Assembly: GCA_964455675.1 (NCBI GenBank)
Contig: CAYVYK010000005.1
Span: 1-64,000 of the forward strand
Origin: an uncultured Methanosarcinales archaeon
GTDB taxonomy: Archaea > Nanobdellota > Nanobdellia > Woesearchaeales > CAYVYK01
Reading direction: 5' to 3'
Length of the DNA stretch: 64,000 bases
This document shows positions 50,808 to 59,989 of the stretch, piece by piece. The notes beneath the pieces are model-generated. The model was not told the DNA's origin and ran no database searches. It worked only from the letters and a program-made list of their open reading frames with translations. Position 1 is the first letter of the stretch, and every line of letters begins with the position of its first letter. The translations under genes were made by a program, and so were the position numbers.

Positions 50808-50873
50808 GGCTCGTCGTTCAGCGCCTAACAAGGTGCACTGGGTACTTAACCCTGAACGACGAGCCTTTTTTTT
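50808..50873 (+). terminator. Terminal stem followed by T8
   Basis: GGCTCGTCGTTCAG (50808-50821) pairs with CTGAACGACGAGCC (50852-50865), then TTTTTTTT. Confidence 0.65.
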
Positions 50874-51073
50874 GGCATATTAATTACAATATAGAAAATA
50901 AATAAGCTAAAAAATATCTAAACACCCGGTTCCTCGCCATCCTCCGCATTTGTTATGACTCAGAAAACAGAGTATTGTCAATCATAATTGGTATTCAATT
51001 AAGTCTTATCATTAATCATCTGGCAGGATCGTTGATCGATATCTTTAAAAACCCCCTCCAATTCTTTCGCACT

Positions 51074-51619
51074 ATGTTCTACAGAACGCTATTAAAGGAC
51101 CATATACGGGTTCCACCTACGTTATTTGCTGAATCACTTGATAAGGCGATCATTGCGGAAGTAAAAAAGAAATACGAAGGTTACATCGACAAGGATTTTG
51201 GTGTTGTCATTGACGTTGAAAAAGTGGAAGAGATAGGAGAAGGTGTGATTATCCCCGGAGATGGGGGAGCATATCATGACACCACTTTTAGTCTATTCAC
51301 CTTTAAACCTGAATTGCAGGAAGTCGTAGTCGGGAAGATCAAGGATATTGCCGACTTTGGTGCATTTATCTCTCTAGGTCCTATGGAAGGAATGATCCAC
51401 GTTTCCCAGACAATGGATGACTTTGTTTCCTTCAGCAAAGAAAAAGTGTTATCCGGAAAAGAATCAAAACGCACTCTTAAAATAAATGATCTCTGCCGGG
51501 CAAGGATAATTGCAGTATCCTTTAAGGATATCGCCTCACCAAAGCTTGGTCTTACAATGAGGCAAGCAAGACTTGGAAAACTTGAATGGCTCGACGAAGA
51601 ACCAGCAAAGAAGAAGTGA
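51074..51619 (+). CDS. rpoE1: DNA-directed RNA polymerase subunit E' (Rpo7)
   Basis: IIPGDGGAY, FGAFISLGP..GMIHVSQ, LGLTMRQ. Confidence 0.97.
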   Translation: MFYRTLLKDHIRVPPTLFAESLDKAIIAEVKKKYEGYIDKDFGVVIDVEKVEEIGEGVIIPGDGGAYHDTTFSLFTFKPELQEVVVGKIKDIADFGAFISLGPMEGMIHVSQTMDDFVSFSKEKVLSGKESKRTLKINDLCRARIIAVSFKDIASPKLGLTMRQARLGKLEWLDEEPAKKK

Positions 51620-51625
51620 TGAGTA

Positions 51626-51814
51626 ATGGCAAAGCGAAAAGTGTGTAAAAAATGTCGATATTTTTTCGAGGGAGAAGTCTGCCCTGCATGCAAGAGTTCA
51701 ATATTAGCAACATCCTGGCAAGGTCGTGTGGTGATCCTTGACGAGGTCAAGTCCCAAGTCGCGCAGAAAGTTGGCCTTTCCGTAAAGGGTGAGTACGCGA
51801 TAAAGGTTCGGTGA
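51626..51814 (+). CDS. spt4: Transcription elongation factor Spt4 (RpoE'')
   Basis: CKKC..CPAC..WQG..GEYAIKVR. Confidence 0.95.
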   Translation: MAKRKVCKKCRYFFEGEVCPACKSSILATSWQGRVVILDEVKSQVAQKVGLSVKGEYAIKVR

Positions 51815-51818
51815 TACC

Positions 51819-52112
51819 ATGGAAATTATCAAGGATGCTCAAAATAACATGCTTAACCGTCGTGAAATTGTGGTTGATGTACTCACCGAGGGAAAAGGGA
51901 CACCAAAAGCGGAAGATATTGTTGCATTAATTGCCCCCAAATTAAAATCTCAGCCATCAATGATTCACATATCCAAGATCCGCTCAAGCTTTGGGACGAG
52001 GCATGTTATCGTGGACGCGTTTGTTTACAATTCCGAAGAAGATTACAAATTGGTTAAGCGACCCTTGAAAGTTAAGAAGGAATCCGCGCTAAAGAAATCC
52101 ACAGCTAAGTAG
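51819..52112 (+). CDS. rps24e: 30S ribosomal protein eS24
   Basis: NNMLNRREI, GTP, FG..A.VY; conserved position after spt4. Confidence 0.88.
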   Translation: MEIIKDAQNNMLNRREIVVDVLTEGKGTPKAEDIVALIAPKLKSQPSMIHISKIRSSFGTRHVIVDAFVYNSEEDYKLVKRPLKVKKESALKKSTAK

Positions 52113-52211
52113 AGTTTTCTTAACTCCTTTCGTTTGTTCTTGAGACAGTGGGAAATCCTTTTGTTAGAATGAGATGGCAAATCTGAATAACTGAATGAAC
52201 CCCGCGTATAT

Positions 52212-53108
52212 TTACTGTTCATCCTGGGTGGTACGTTGATAAACCAGGAGATCTTCTGTCGTGAGTTTTTGGCGTTTCTTAATCTTATCCTGGACATGTT
52301 CCTCCTTTGTCTTGAGAATATCATCCTGTATCTTCTTCTTTTCTGCTTGGCGTTCCTGCTTATGCTGATCGAGCTGTTGCTGCACTTTACTTGCTTCGGC
52401 TTGTTCCGTATCAAGCTCCGCAGTAATCTTCACAATCTTTTGTTTGATATCAAAGAACTGTTTGTAGCCTTCTTCCTCCGCTGTGCGAAGTTGGTCTATC
52501 CCCTTAGACGCTTCCAGTATGTTCTCATGCTTTGACTGACTTGTCTTAGCAGCGTCCTGAAGCATCCGGTGTTTCTCTTCGGCTTTCTTCTTGAGCTCCT
52601 CAATCTGCTGGGAAATCTCGTGGAGTTTTTTCCAAGTATCACCAGTCTTTTCAAACTCTTTAACCTGTTTGCGTTTTTCGCGGATATCCTTCATGAGCCT
52701 TTGTTCTGTCGAGAAGTCCATGGGCTCCGTCTCAATTTTATGCTCAAGGTGTTCGATCTGTTTACGCAAAAGAGATGGATCCCCCTTAAGATGGTGCTGT
52801 TCCATCAATTGATCCTTCTGTTTTCGAAGCGTGGTAACTTCCTCTATCTTCTTACGGATTTCCTGATGGAACCGATCCCTCTCATCCTTGAGTTGTCGAA
52901 CCTGCTGCGTGAACTGATCCCGAGAACCACGAGTCTCCTTGATACCTGTAATTAGCCCGGTCACTTTTTTCCCGATCTCATCGCGAGCGGCGTACCATTT
53001 TTCTTTCTCAGCGTTAAGTTCCCGGAGCTGATCTTTAAGCTCCCGAATACGTTTCTTTCGCTCACTGAGCTGGGAGAGCAGTTGTTGACGTTCCTCCTCA
53101 CCAAGCAT
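52212..53108 (-). CDS. Archaeal coiled-coil protein (COG1340-like)
   Basis: Long coiled coil; IETEPMDFSTE; C-terminal KLTTEDLL. Confidence 0.85.
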   Translation of the reverse strand: MLGEEERQQLLSQLSERKKRIRELKDQLRELNAEKEKWYAARDEIGKKVTGLITGIKETRGSRDQFTQQVRQLKDERDRFHQEIRKKIEEVTTLRKQKDQLMEQHHLKGDPSLLRKQIEHLEHKIETEPMDFSTEQRLMKDIREKRKQVKEFEKTGDTWKKLHEISQQIEELKKKAEEKHRMLQDAAKTSQSKHENILEASKGIDQLRTAEEEGYKQFFDIKQKIVKITAELDTEQAEASKVQQQLDQHKQERQAEKKKIQDDILKTKEEHVQDKIKKRQKLTTEDLLVYQRTTQDEQ

Positions 53109-53124
53109 TATGCTATCACGTTGT

Positions 53125-53424
53125 TTAGCCGAAGAGGGCTCCAAGCCCTGCAGCTGCTTCTTCTTCACTCTTCTTTTCCTCTTGCGGTTTCTTCTCTTCT
53201 TTCTTCTCATGGGCTGCGCTTGGGGCTGCTACAGCAACTGGTGCTGCAACCGCTGCTTTTGCGACAGCTTCATCGATGTTGACGCCATCGAGGGCAGCGA
53301 CGAGTGCTTTGACACGCGTGTCGTCGACTTTGACACCGGCCGCTTCGAGGACTTTCTTCACTGAGTGTTCTTCAATCTTTCCACCCGCTTTGTGGATCAA
53401 CATTGCGGCATAGACGTACTCCAT
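53125..53424 (-). CDS. rpl12: 50S ribosomal stalk protein P1/P2 (aL12)
   Basis: MEYVYAAML...[13 protein letters not shown]. Confidence 0.98.
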   Translation of the reverse strand: MEYVYAAMLIHKAGGKIEEHSVKKVLEAAGVKVDDTRVKALVAALDGVNIDEAVAKAAVAAPVAVAAPSAAHEKKEEKKPQEEKKSEEEAAAGLGALFG

Positions 53425-53428
53425 ATTG

Positions 53429-54280
53429 CTAACCTCCAAATTCTGATTGTAATATTTGAGCTTCCCGCTGGGCGCGCGCTAGAACATCTGACACGTTGTC
53501 AGAGGTAAGGAATGATGTTTCGATGCTCATGGCTTTTGCATCACGGAAAGCTTTCTGTATCAAAACTCTAGTAGTGTTCTCAGTGGGAATCGCTGACTCA
53601 ATCGCAAGATTCAGCGCCCAAGAGTGTGCTTGTGATAGGTCCCTTACATACTGCTCTTGATCAATGTTCAACACTTTTTTATCATACACTGCACCATTTT
53701 CGAAAACTGCTGTAACATCCAAACCGATCTCCATAGGCTTAATATCTAGCCTCATAAGCATTGAAGCGGCAGTCTCACTAATCACTTGTCCTTCCTTTAT
53801 CATGATATGATCAGTTCTGATCACTATCTTTCCATTTTCTACACTTGTCTTAAATCCAAGAGAGGCAAGTTCACTGATGATTGGCCCCGGTTGGAAAGGA
53901 GTAGGCCCCGCCTTAACCTGAATGTCTTGGGGAGCGATCTGCCCTGGTTTTGCTGGGGCAGGGGACTTGCTCTGTTTTATCTTGTTAAACACCTTGAATG
54001 GATTTATTTTTGTAAAGAGAATGGCTGGCATTCCTTTCATGTATGGAGCTATTTGCCCGAGGCCTTCCCGCTGCTTTGCTGCGTCATTGAGCGCCAACGT
54101 TAGCAACCTTTTTTTTGTCATTAATATCTCCACATCACCACGGAGTTTCCTTCGCAACTGTTGCAGCTGTGCAGACGGCATATTCTCCATATTTGCGATA
54201 CCAATAACCGGTGATTCAACAAACATCTTGGAAAATCTTTTTACCAATTCTTTTTTATACGGGGCGACGTGTGCTTGCAT
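53429..54280 (-). CDS. rpl10: 50S ribosomal protein uL10 (P0)
   Basis: [31 protein letters not shown]. Confidence 0.97.
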   Translation of the reverse strand: MQAHVAPYKKELVKRFSKMFVESPVIGIANMENMPSAQLQQLRRKLRGDVEILMTKKRLLTLALNDAAKQREGLGQIAPYMKGMPAILFTKINPFKVFNKIKQSKSPAPAKPGQIAPQDIQVKAGPTPFQPGPIISELASLGFKTSVENGKIVIRTDHIMIKEGQVISETAASMLMRLDIKPMEIGLDVTAVFENGAVYDKKVLNIDQEQYVRDLSQAHSWALNLAIESAIPTENTTRVLIQKAFRDAKAMSIETSFLTSDNVSDVLARAQREAQILQSEFGG

Positions 54281-54284
54281 ACTT

Positions 54285-54959
54285 CTACCTCTGGATGTCT
54301 GGTAATGATCCTATCTTAACGGCCTTACCCATCGTTAACTTCATCATGATTGCATTGATATTATGCTCATGGTTTGGAAGAGCATTGATTAATTGTGTGT
54401 GTATAGTGAGGATATTGTCCACTATCTCATCAGTATTACCAGTCTCTGTTCCGATTCTACACTGGAAGAATGGTCTAGTTTTTGCGTTGATGTGTAAAGT
54501 CTTTTGCAGTTTCTCCTTGAGCGCTGGTAAGTTAGCGTTAGCTGGAACCACACATCCCGCTTTTGGGTTTGGCATCTTTCCTCGGGGACCTAGCACACGT
54601 CCAAAACTCTGAGCGACTTTATTCATAATATTCGCTTGTGCGACAAAGTAATCGTATTCTTTGGCAAGTTTTTTAATCAATTTTTTATCCTTTTCATATC
54701 TAACAAATTCTTGAGTTTCAATTGCTAAATCGAACGATTGTTTCGCCTGTTCAATGAGTTCTCCTCCAACGAGGCCACACACTTTAACCGGTATCCCCCG
54801 GCCATGACGAAGTTGTGCAAACACTTCAATCTGCCCTTCGGGCTTCTTTTGATCGAGCTCCTTGAGGGTAATGATCAAGTCGATAGACTGTTGGAATTTG
54901 CGTTTTGGAGAATTATTTTTTATCCACTCAATAGCCTGAATGATATGTTTTTTTTCCAT
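54285..54959 (-). CDS. rpl1: 50S ribosomal protein uL1
   Basis: RKFQQSIDL, GRVLGPRGKMP, KLTMG. Confidence 0.97.
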   Translation of the reverse strand: MEKKHIIQAIEWIKNNSPKRKFQQSIDLIITLKELDQKKPEGQIEVFAQLRHGRGIPVKVCGLVGGELIEQAKQSFDLAIETQEFVRYEKDKKLIKKLAKEYDYFVAQANIMNKVAQSFGRVLGPRGKMPNPKAGCVVPANANLPALKEKLQKTLHINAKTRPFFQCRIGTETGNTDEIVDNILTIHTQLINALPNHEHNINAIMMKLTMGKAVKIGSLPDIQR

Positions 54960-55122
54960 ACACTGCCTCCACCCTACTATTGGACGATGTCAAATAGTCT
55001 TAGGGATCGATCACAACAATACCCAGTGGGAACGCCAACCCCTTTATAAAGCTATCGTTGGAATTATTTTTTATATTAAAAATGCATAATAATTTTAAAT
55101 CAGAAACTGAATCCACGTTAAA

Positions 55123-55806
55123 ATGGAAAAGGTACCCTCACACCTCGCAATAATCCTCGATGGCAATCGCAGATATGCCAAGCATCACGGTCTCCACCAG
55201 TGGGAGGGTCATATTGCGGGGTATTCAAATCTAAAAAGGGTATTAACTTGGTGCTTAGAATTGGGTATCAAAGAATTGACACTATACTGCTTATCTTTAC
55301 AAAATCTCCAAAGATCAAAGGCAGAATTAAATTTCTTAATGGATATGTTCACTCGAGGAATCACTGATGCTGCAACGAGTATTGATATAAAAAAGCATCA
55401 AGTTAAATTTAGGGTATGCGGAAGAATTCATCTGTTACCCACTAGTTTACAGTCAGCCATAGCCCATCTTCAGGACGCAACAAAATGCTATGACCTACAC
55501 CGCATCAATCTATGTATTGCATACGGAGGGCAAGAGGAGATCATTGATGCATTCAATATGATACAAAGACTCGGAAATAATCAGACTATTACTGTGGAGA
55601 ATTTTGCCTCATTCTTATATATCGAAGGTTCTCCAGATCTTGTTATTCGTACTGGAGGTGAATTTAGGACCTCCAACTTTCTGCCTTGGCAAACAATCTA
55701 CAGTGAATGGTATTTCTCCGCAAAAACATGGCCTGAATTCACGAAAGAAGATCTATTAAGTGCGATACAGGATTATTCTACACGCGACAGAAGATTCGGG
55801 AGATAG
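55123..55806 (+). CDS. uppS: cis-prenyltransferase (undecaprenyl diphosphate synthase)
   Basis: HLAIILDGNRR, YGGQEEI, DLVIRTGGE.RTSNFLPWQ. Confidence 0.97.
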   Translation: MEKVPSHLAIILDGNRRYAKHHGLHQWEGHIAGYSNLKRVLTWCLELGIKELTLYCLSLQNLQRSKAELNFLMDMFTRGITDAATSIDIKKHQVKFRVCGRIHLLPTSLQSAIAHLQDATKCYDLHRINLCIAYGGQEEIIDAFNMIQRLGNNQTITVENFASFLYIEGSPDLVIRTGGEFRTSNFLPWQTIYSEWYFSAKTWPEFTKEDLLSAIQDYSTRDRRFGR

Positions 55807-55839
55807 GCTGAAGTCGAGAAATTATCGAGTTAAACAGAT

Positions 55840-56304
55840 TTATCCAACCGGGACTACTTTCTGGCACATTATCACGAAGAGATCCTGGGGGATATTCAAT
55901 CCAGCCTCCACAAAATATGTAGCTAAGCGAAGCACAGCTTCCTCTTGACTTTCCTGTGACAACATTTTAAATCGTTTAATACGATTGACCATCCTAATGC
56001 AAAGAAATCCCTCGTTGATGGCATATACTTTACCGCTACGGTAGCTATCAGCATCTATGTCATGTTTATAAAGCTCCCATGTTACAAGCGCTTGGATGAC
56101 TTGTGAATACGTATTATTACGCCAGTACTCAGCACTCTTGTTATTCATAAATTCGTAGAAACCCTGACTTTGGAGTTTATGAGGGCGGAAGACCCTACCA
56201 AGGTATTGCTTAACATGTTGGACGGTTCGTTTAGAACGCCAGTAATTTTGAACTAAGTATGCGTACTCTTTTCCCTTAACAATTTTCACACGTACAAACA
56301 CCAT
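55840..56304 (-). CDS. Hypothetical protein
   Basis: FVRVKIVKGKEYAYLV..W..Q.VKQYLG N-terminal domain. Confidence 0.7.
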   Translation of the reverse strand: MVFVRVKIVKGKEYAYLVQNYWRSKRTVQHVKQYLGRVFRPHKLQSQGFYEFMNNKSAEYWRNNTYSQVIQALVTWELYKHDIDADSYRSGKVYAINEGFLCIRMVNRIKRFKMLSQESQEEAVLRLATYFVEAGLNIPQDLFVIMCQKVVPVG

Positions 56305-56374
56305 ACTGGTTAGGCACCAGGAGGTGGTTTATCTTTTTTTCGCTTAAAACAGCGGAAGAACCCTTTTTCGGACT

Positions 56375-56644
56375 TTAGAACGCCTTCTCAATCTCTTTCT
56401 GCAACTTATTTGCAGCTTTTTGTAACCGGTCGCAAGATTCCTGAAGCGCCTCTTTCGGACTACCCTTTGTTTCGACAATCAGTCGAGGTGTACTAACCAA
56501 GGGGTGTGGTTGATGAAGTCCTGTTGCTTTTATCTGCTCGTCATTCCACAACTCCTTACGGAGTAGATCGACGATAGTTCTGTCCTCATTCTTAAAGTCG
56601 ACAATCAACTTGTGCTTTGATTGATCCAAAATCTCGATATCCAT
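56375..56644 (-). CDS. rpoL: DNA-directed RNA polymerase subunit L (Rpo11)
   Basis: NEDRTIVDLLRKEL..HPL..P.L.V.T..PKEAL. Confidence 0.88.
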   Translation of the reverse strand: MDIEILDQSKHKLIVDFKNEDRTIVDLLRKELWNDEQIKATGLHQPHPLVSTPRLIVETKGSPKEALQESCDRLQKAANKLQKEIEKAF

Positions 56645-56722
56645 CCAGAGTGGGAGATTCAACAACTTTATAAGGCTTGTGGTGTATTTGATTATTCATT
56701 TTTTTTGCATTTCCTATTGCGG

Positions 56723-57376
56723 CTAATTGGAGGCCTTATAGGAGATCCCATTTATCATACGGATACAGCTAACATCAATATAATGGATCCTCTTAAAATG
56801 AAACTTGAGGCTTGCTCTCACCCCCCATTTATATTCCCAAACATGTGTGATAGTCTGCGCTGAACATTTCTTTTGCAAAAATGGGATAGTCTCACTTTTA
56901 TGAAAGCTGTATACCACGTTGCTGATTTTAATTGCGTGCAGCAGAAATCTGATGTCCGAATGGGGTCTTTGTATCCCGAATGGTGGATTCTGGAGGACTA
57001 TGTCAACATTCTCATTGAACTGTCCCACATCCATGTTGTGGATTCTCGCTTGATAATCCCCTAGTACTCCCAGTTTTCGCATCTTGCTTAAGTTCTCATC
57101 AAGAATGTCCAGTGCTTCTGGGTCCTTATCCACAAAATGGACCTTTTCTGCGCCTAGTATCAATGCCCCAATGCCAAGTACACCTGTTCCACATCCTAAA
57201 TCGCATAAATTCCTAGTCTTGATATCCCCCTGCATAAATGAATGCCAGAGGAGGTCTGCTGCGATTTCCGCTGGAGTTTCATATTGCTCAAGACTCACTT
57301 TTTGGTGTTTGAAGCCCTGGATCTCGCCGAATATACGAGCTAGACCCCCCTTTGACCACTTTTTCCCATAATCCAT
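56723..57376 (-). CDS. METTL5-family RNA methyltransferase
   Basis: LEQYETP, DLGCGTG, QNPPFG, YSFHK. Confidence 0.93.
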   Translation of the reverse strand: MDYGKKWSKGGLARIFGEIQGFKHQKVSLEQYETPAEIAADLLWHSFMQGDIKTRNLCDLGCGTGVLGIGALILGAEKVHFVDKDPEALDILDENLSKMRKLGVLGDYQARIHNMDVGQFNENVDIVLQNPPFGIQRPHSDIRFLLHAIKISNVVYSFHKSETIPFLQKKCSAQTITHVWEYKWGVRASLKFHFKRIHYIDVSCIRMINGISYKASN

Positions 57377-57914
57377 ACTTGGAAAATGATCTGTTGGGCC
57401 TCATATTTATTCTTATGGGGTCACAAATATGGGCCTGTCCCAAATGTCAAACCATGTCTATTGGAAGCCCCTGACTTATAACCCCTGTTAAAAGGCTGGA
57501 CAATCAACTTTTACTGGCCGTACCTCTCACTTTTTGGCTATGAACCTTCATTTTCTGGTACAATTGAGGGGTATTCTTTAGTCAAATAGAATCTACATTT
57601 CGCTATCTAAGACTAAAATATTCTTGGATTAGGCCTAGTCGTACAATTTTGCTTTTACTAACACTCTCTGAGCTGCCTGCGTTGGAATACCTCTCCAGGA
57701 CAATCTCCTCTTCGATCATCATTTTGATACGCGCTTGCTAATCCATTCTAACTAGATATACAAGGGTGGTAGGAAACCATATCTTCTAAGAGTCGCATAA
57801 TTCAATCCTCTCTCTTGGACACATAAATCTGGTCTCTTGTGGTCCTGATTCATTAACCACTCCTGAATCTTTTCATTTCTTCCTCTATACCCCAAAAATC
57901 CAACTCTCCGTCGA

Positions 57915-58210
57915 TGGGAATGATCTGGGAATGTTCATTCCCAGATGGGAATGATCACACTGGGAGGTTTTATACATGGGGATGATCCCGATGTTTCACG
58001 TCGGTAAACACCATTTATTCTCTTTTCACCGTCTATATAGCCGGTAATGGATATGAAATTTTCAGTCTCACACCCGTTCCCAGATATTCCCAGAAACGAC
58101 CCAATACGTTCCCAAATAACTGGGCGGAGATTTCTTAATTATAGACTAATATTTATAATTTGTTATTCCCAAAACATTCCCATAACATTCCCAAATAATT
58201 CCCATGGGAA
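57915..58210. repeat. Cluster of 12 TTCCCA/TGGGAA hexamers, partly in helical phase
   Basis: Starts at 57915, 57926, 57938, 57946, 58077, 58087, 58109, 58166, 58177, 58188, 58199, 58205. Confidence 0.85.
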
Positions 58211-58249
58211 CGAAAAATTTAAATAAACAGATACCTTTTACTAAAAAAT

Positions 58250-58993
58250 ATGTTCTTCTTCAAAAAGAGGCGTGATGTGGTTCTTGCGAGAATGGAACAT
58301 ATGGACTTAGTCCTAAGACATTCTTTTTCAAAGGTGAAACAAGATACTCAGTTGATGTATTACTGGATCCAATACCTACAATCACGACAACAAAATCATG
58401 AGCAACAGTTACGCGAAATATTCAGTTACCTTCCATCGAGAGAGGAGATCCGAAGATTAGTTGATGAGCACTATGAGAGCGTAGATCAGCTCCAGAGAGA
58501 TCGTTCAAGTCAGATCCAGGAAGATATAAGGACTCTACAGCACTCTTTTGAGGAATTAAGACAAAAGATCGATGGAAGAACCCAAGAATTAGATAAGGGT
58601 CTAGAAAAACTCAGGGAATATGATTCTAAGATTGAAGAACTGCGTTCCCTAATAAATCAGCCCAAAAAAACAATTATTGGCGAAAAAAAGCCGGAAGAAT
58701 CAGATAAATCACCAAGGAACCTGTATTTAAGAGAGAAAATCATCCGATCAATTTCAAGGAACTCAAAGGATTACGTGAAAAGCATGGTGTATAGCATGAT
58801 GAGGCGCTATCAGAAAGTTTCTGGTCTGCAACTACGTCTCATGGTCGTTGAAGAGCAAGGGCTCGCTTCCAAGAGCTCTTTCTACCGAATTCTAGAGGAG
58901 ATTGAGAAAGAGAGCGACGAGATTACCGTAATACGTGAAGGCAAGGAAAAGGTGTATATGTTCAAAAACTCAGTGCAGAATCCGTCGATCTAG
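58250..58993 (+). CDS. Coiled-coil protein with C-terminal winged helix
   Basis: Long heptad region, then SKSSFYRILEEIEK HTH-like segment with a wing. Confidence 0.75.
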   Translation: MFFFKKRRDVVLARMEHMDLVLRHSFSKVKQDTQLMYYWIQYLQSRQQNHEQQLREIFSYLPSREEIRRLVDEHYESVDQLQRDRSSQIQEDIRTLQHSFEELRQKIDGRTQELDKGLEKLREYDSKIEELRSLINQPKKTIIGEKKPEESDKSPRNLYLREKIIRSISRNSKDYVKSMVYSMMRRYQKVSGLQLRLMVVEEQGLASKSSFYRILEEIEKESDEITVIREGKEKVYMFKNSVQNPSI

Positions 58994-59068
58994 GGATAGT
59001 GGGATCTATCTATTCCTCTATCTAAAATCTTTTAAAGAGGACAATCCGACTGAATCACAACATCGGGG

Positions 59069-59605
59069 GTGAAAAAGTTGGATAGTGAGACTAGAGGTAG
59101 TTCCATTAAAGAGGACGTTCAGTCCATTCAAGAACAGCTTGATGATCACCTAACCGCGATCAACGAAAATTCTAATGAAATTGAGGGTAATTATGAGTTT
59201 CTATGTGAATTGGAGGAAAAAATTGAGAAATTGAACAGTAGAATCGATGAACTTTTTTGCTTAGTGCAGAATAGGCAGGCTGATCGTAAACTGGACACCT
59301 TTGCCCCGCAATACGATCCAAAACCTCTTAATCGTGCAGAAAAAGAGGTATTTGCGGCTATCTACTGGTTAAATGAAACAAAAGAAGAATTCAATTATCC
59401 TCAAATTGCTGAAAAAGCAAAAATATCGGAGGAATTGGCACGATTTTATGTGACTGCATTAATCACAAAAGGGATCCCATTAAAAAAGCATTACGTTAAT
59501 GGAACAGTCATGATTCATATAGAATCATCCTTTAGGGACGTTCAAAGGCAAAAAAATGTTATAAAACTGAATCCAGCGCTTTTTAATTCCTTAAATCACC
59601 AGTAG
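59069..59605 (+). CDS. Coiled-coil protein with C-terminal HTH
   Basis: LDDHLTAINENSNEI coiled coil; LNRAEKEVF..YPQIAEK..LITKGIP. Confidence 0.75.
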   Translation: MKKLDSETRGSSIKEDVQSIQEQLDDHLTAINENSNEIEGNYEFLCELEEKIEKLNSRIDELFCLVQNRQADRKLDTFAPQYDPKPLNRAEKEVFAAIYWLNETKEEFNYPQIAEKAKISEELARFYVTALITKGIPLKKHYVNGTVMIHIESSFRDVQRQKNVIKLNPALFNSLNHQ

Positions 59606-59872
59606 AGCCGAGATCTTACTGTAATCATTTATACAATCAATGATATATAATTATTTATATAATTACTACTATAGGATATAATAATAAATCGATATTTTTG
59701 AGATAACAAATTACTAAAACTATTCAGAATTAATAGTAAACACTGATAAAAACTTTTTGGGATTCTGACTTTTCCCACATGTATCTTCATATTAATCAAT
59801 ACCTTTATGCGATGTGTTTTTTATGCTTAAAAAAACTGGTTTATAGCCATTATTAGACCTATATTCAATAAA

Positions 59873-59900
59873 AGTACGCATTATATACAAAAAGCGAACT
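59873..59900. other. dif-like Xer recombination site
   Basis: AGTACGCATTA-TATACA-AAAAGCGAACT: 11-6-11 layout, arms 8/11 inverted, about 90 bp before the xer gene. Confidence 0.65.
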
Positions 59901-59989
59901 ATCCATCACGTTAAGAATCAGAACTCCTCAACGGGTGCTAATACGAACTTTTAAATACTTAATATGTGTGCATTTTTAGGGTTAGGCAA

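Larger units (their letters stand above)
47335..50873 (+). ncRNA. Candidate giant structured non-coding RNA (or RNA cluster), about 3.5 kb
   Basis: No credible ORF; high GC; consecutive 9-14 bp stems with G-U pairs on +; UUCG and GNRA loops; terminal stem plus T8. Confidence 0.6.

Noticed and set aside
47335..50873. Divergent rRNA, RNase P, SRP RNA or group I/II intron
   Set aside because: By eye I found no peptidyl-transferase, sarcin-ricin, 16S universal, RNase P, SRP helix 8 or domain V motif; an Rfam scan is still needed
47330..50905. Many 60-175 aa ORFs in the GC-rich block, including 48826-49209 (-)
   Set aside because: Overlapping in all frames, rich in R/G/P/A, no RBS or recognisable motifs; expected by chance at high GC, and the repeats do not keep a reading frame
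55840..56304. IS1634-like transposase
   Set aside because: Only the short N-terminal Y.YLV..YLG motif is similar; no DDE domain or terminal repeats
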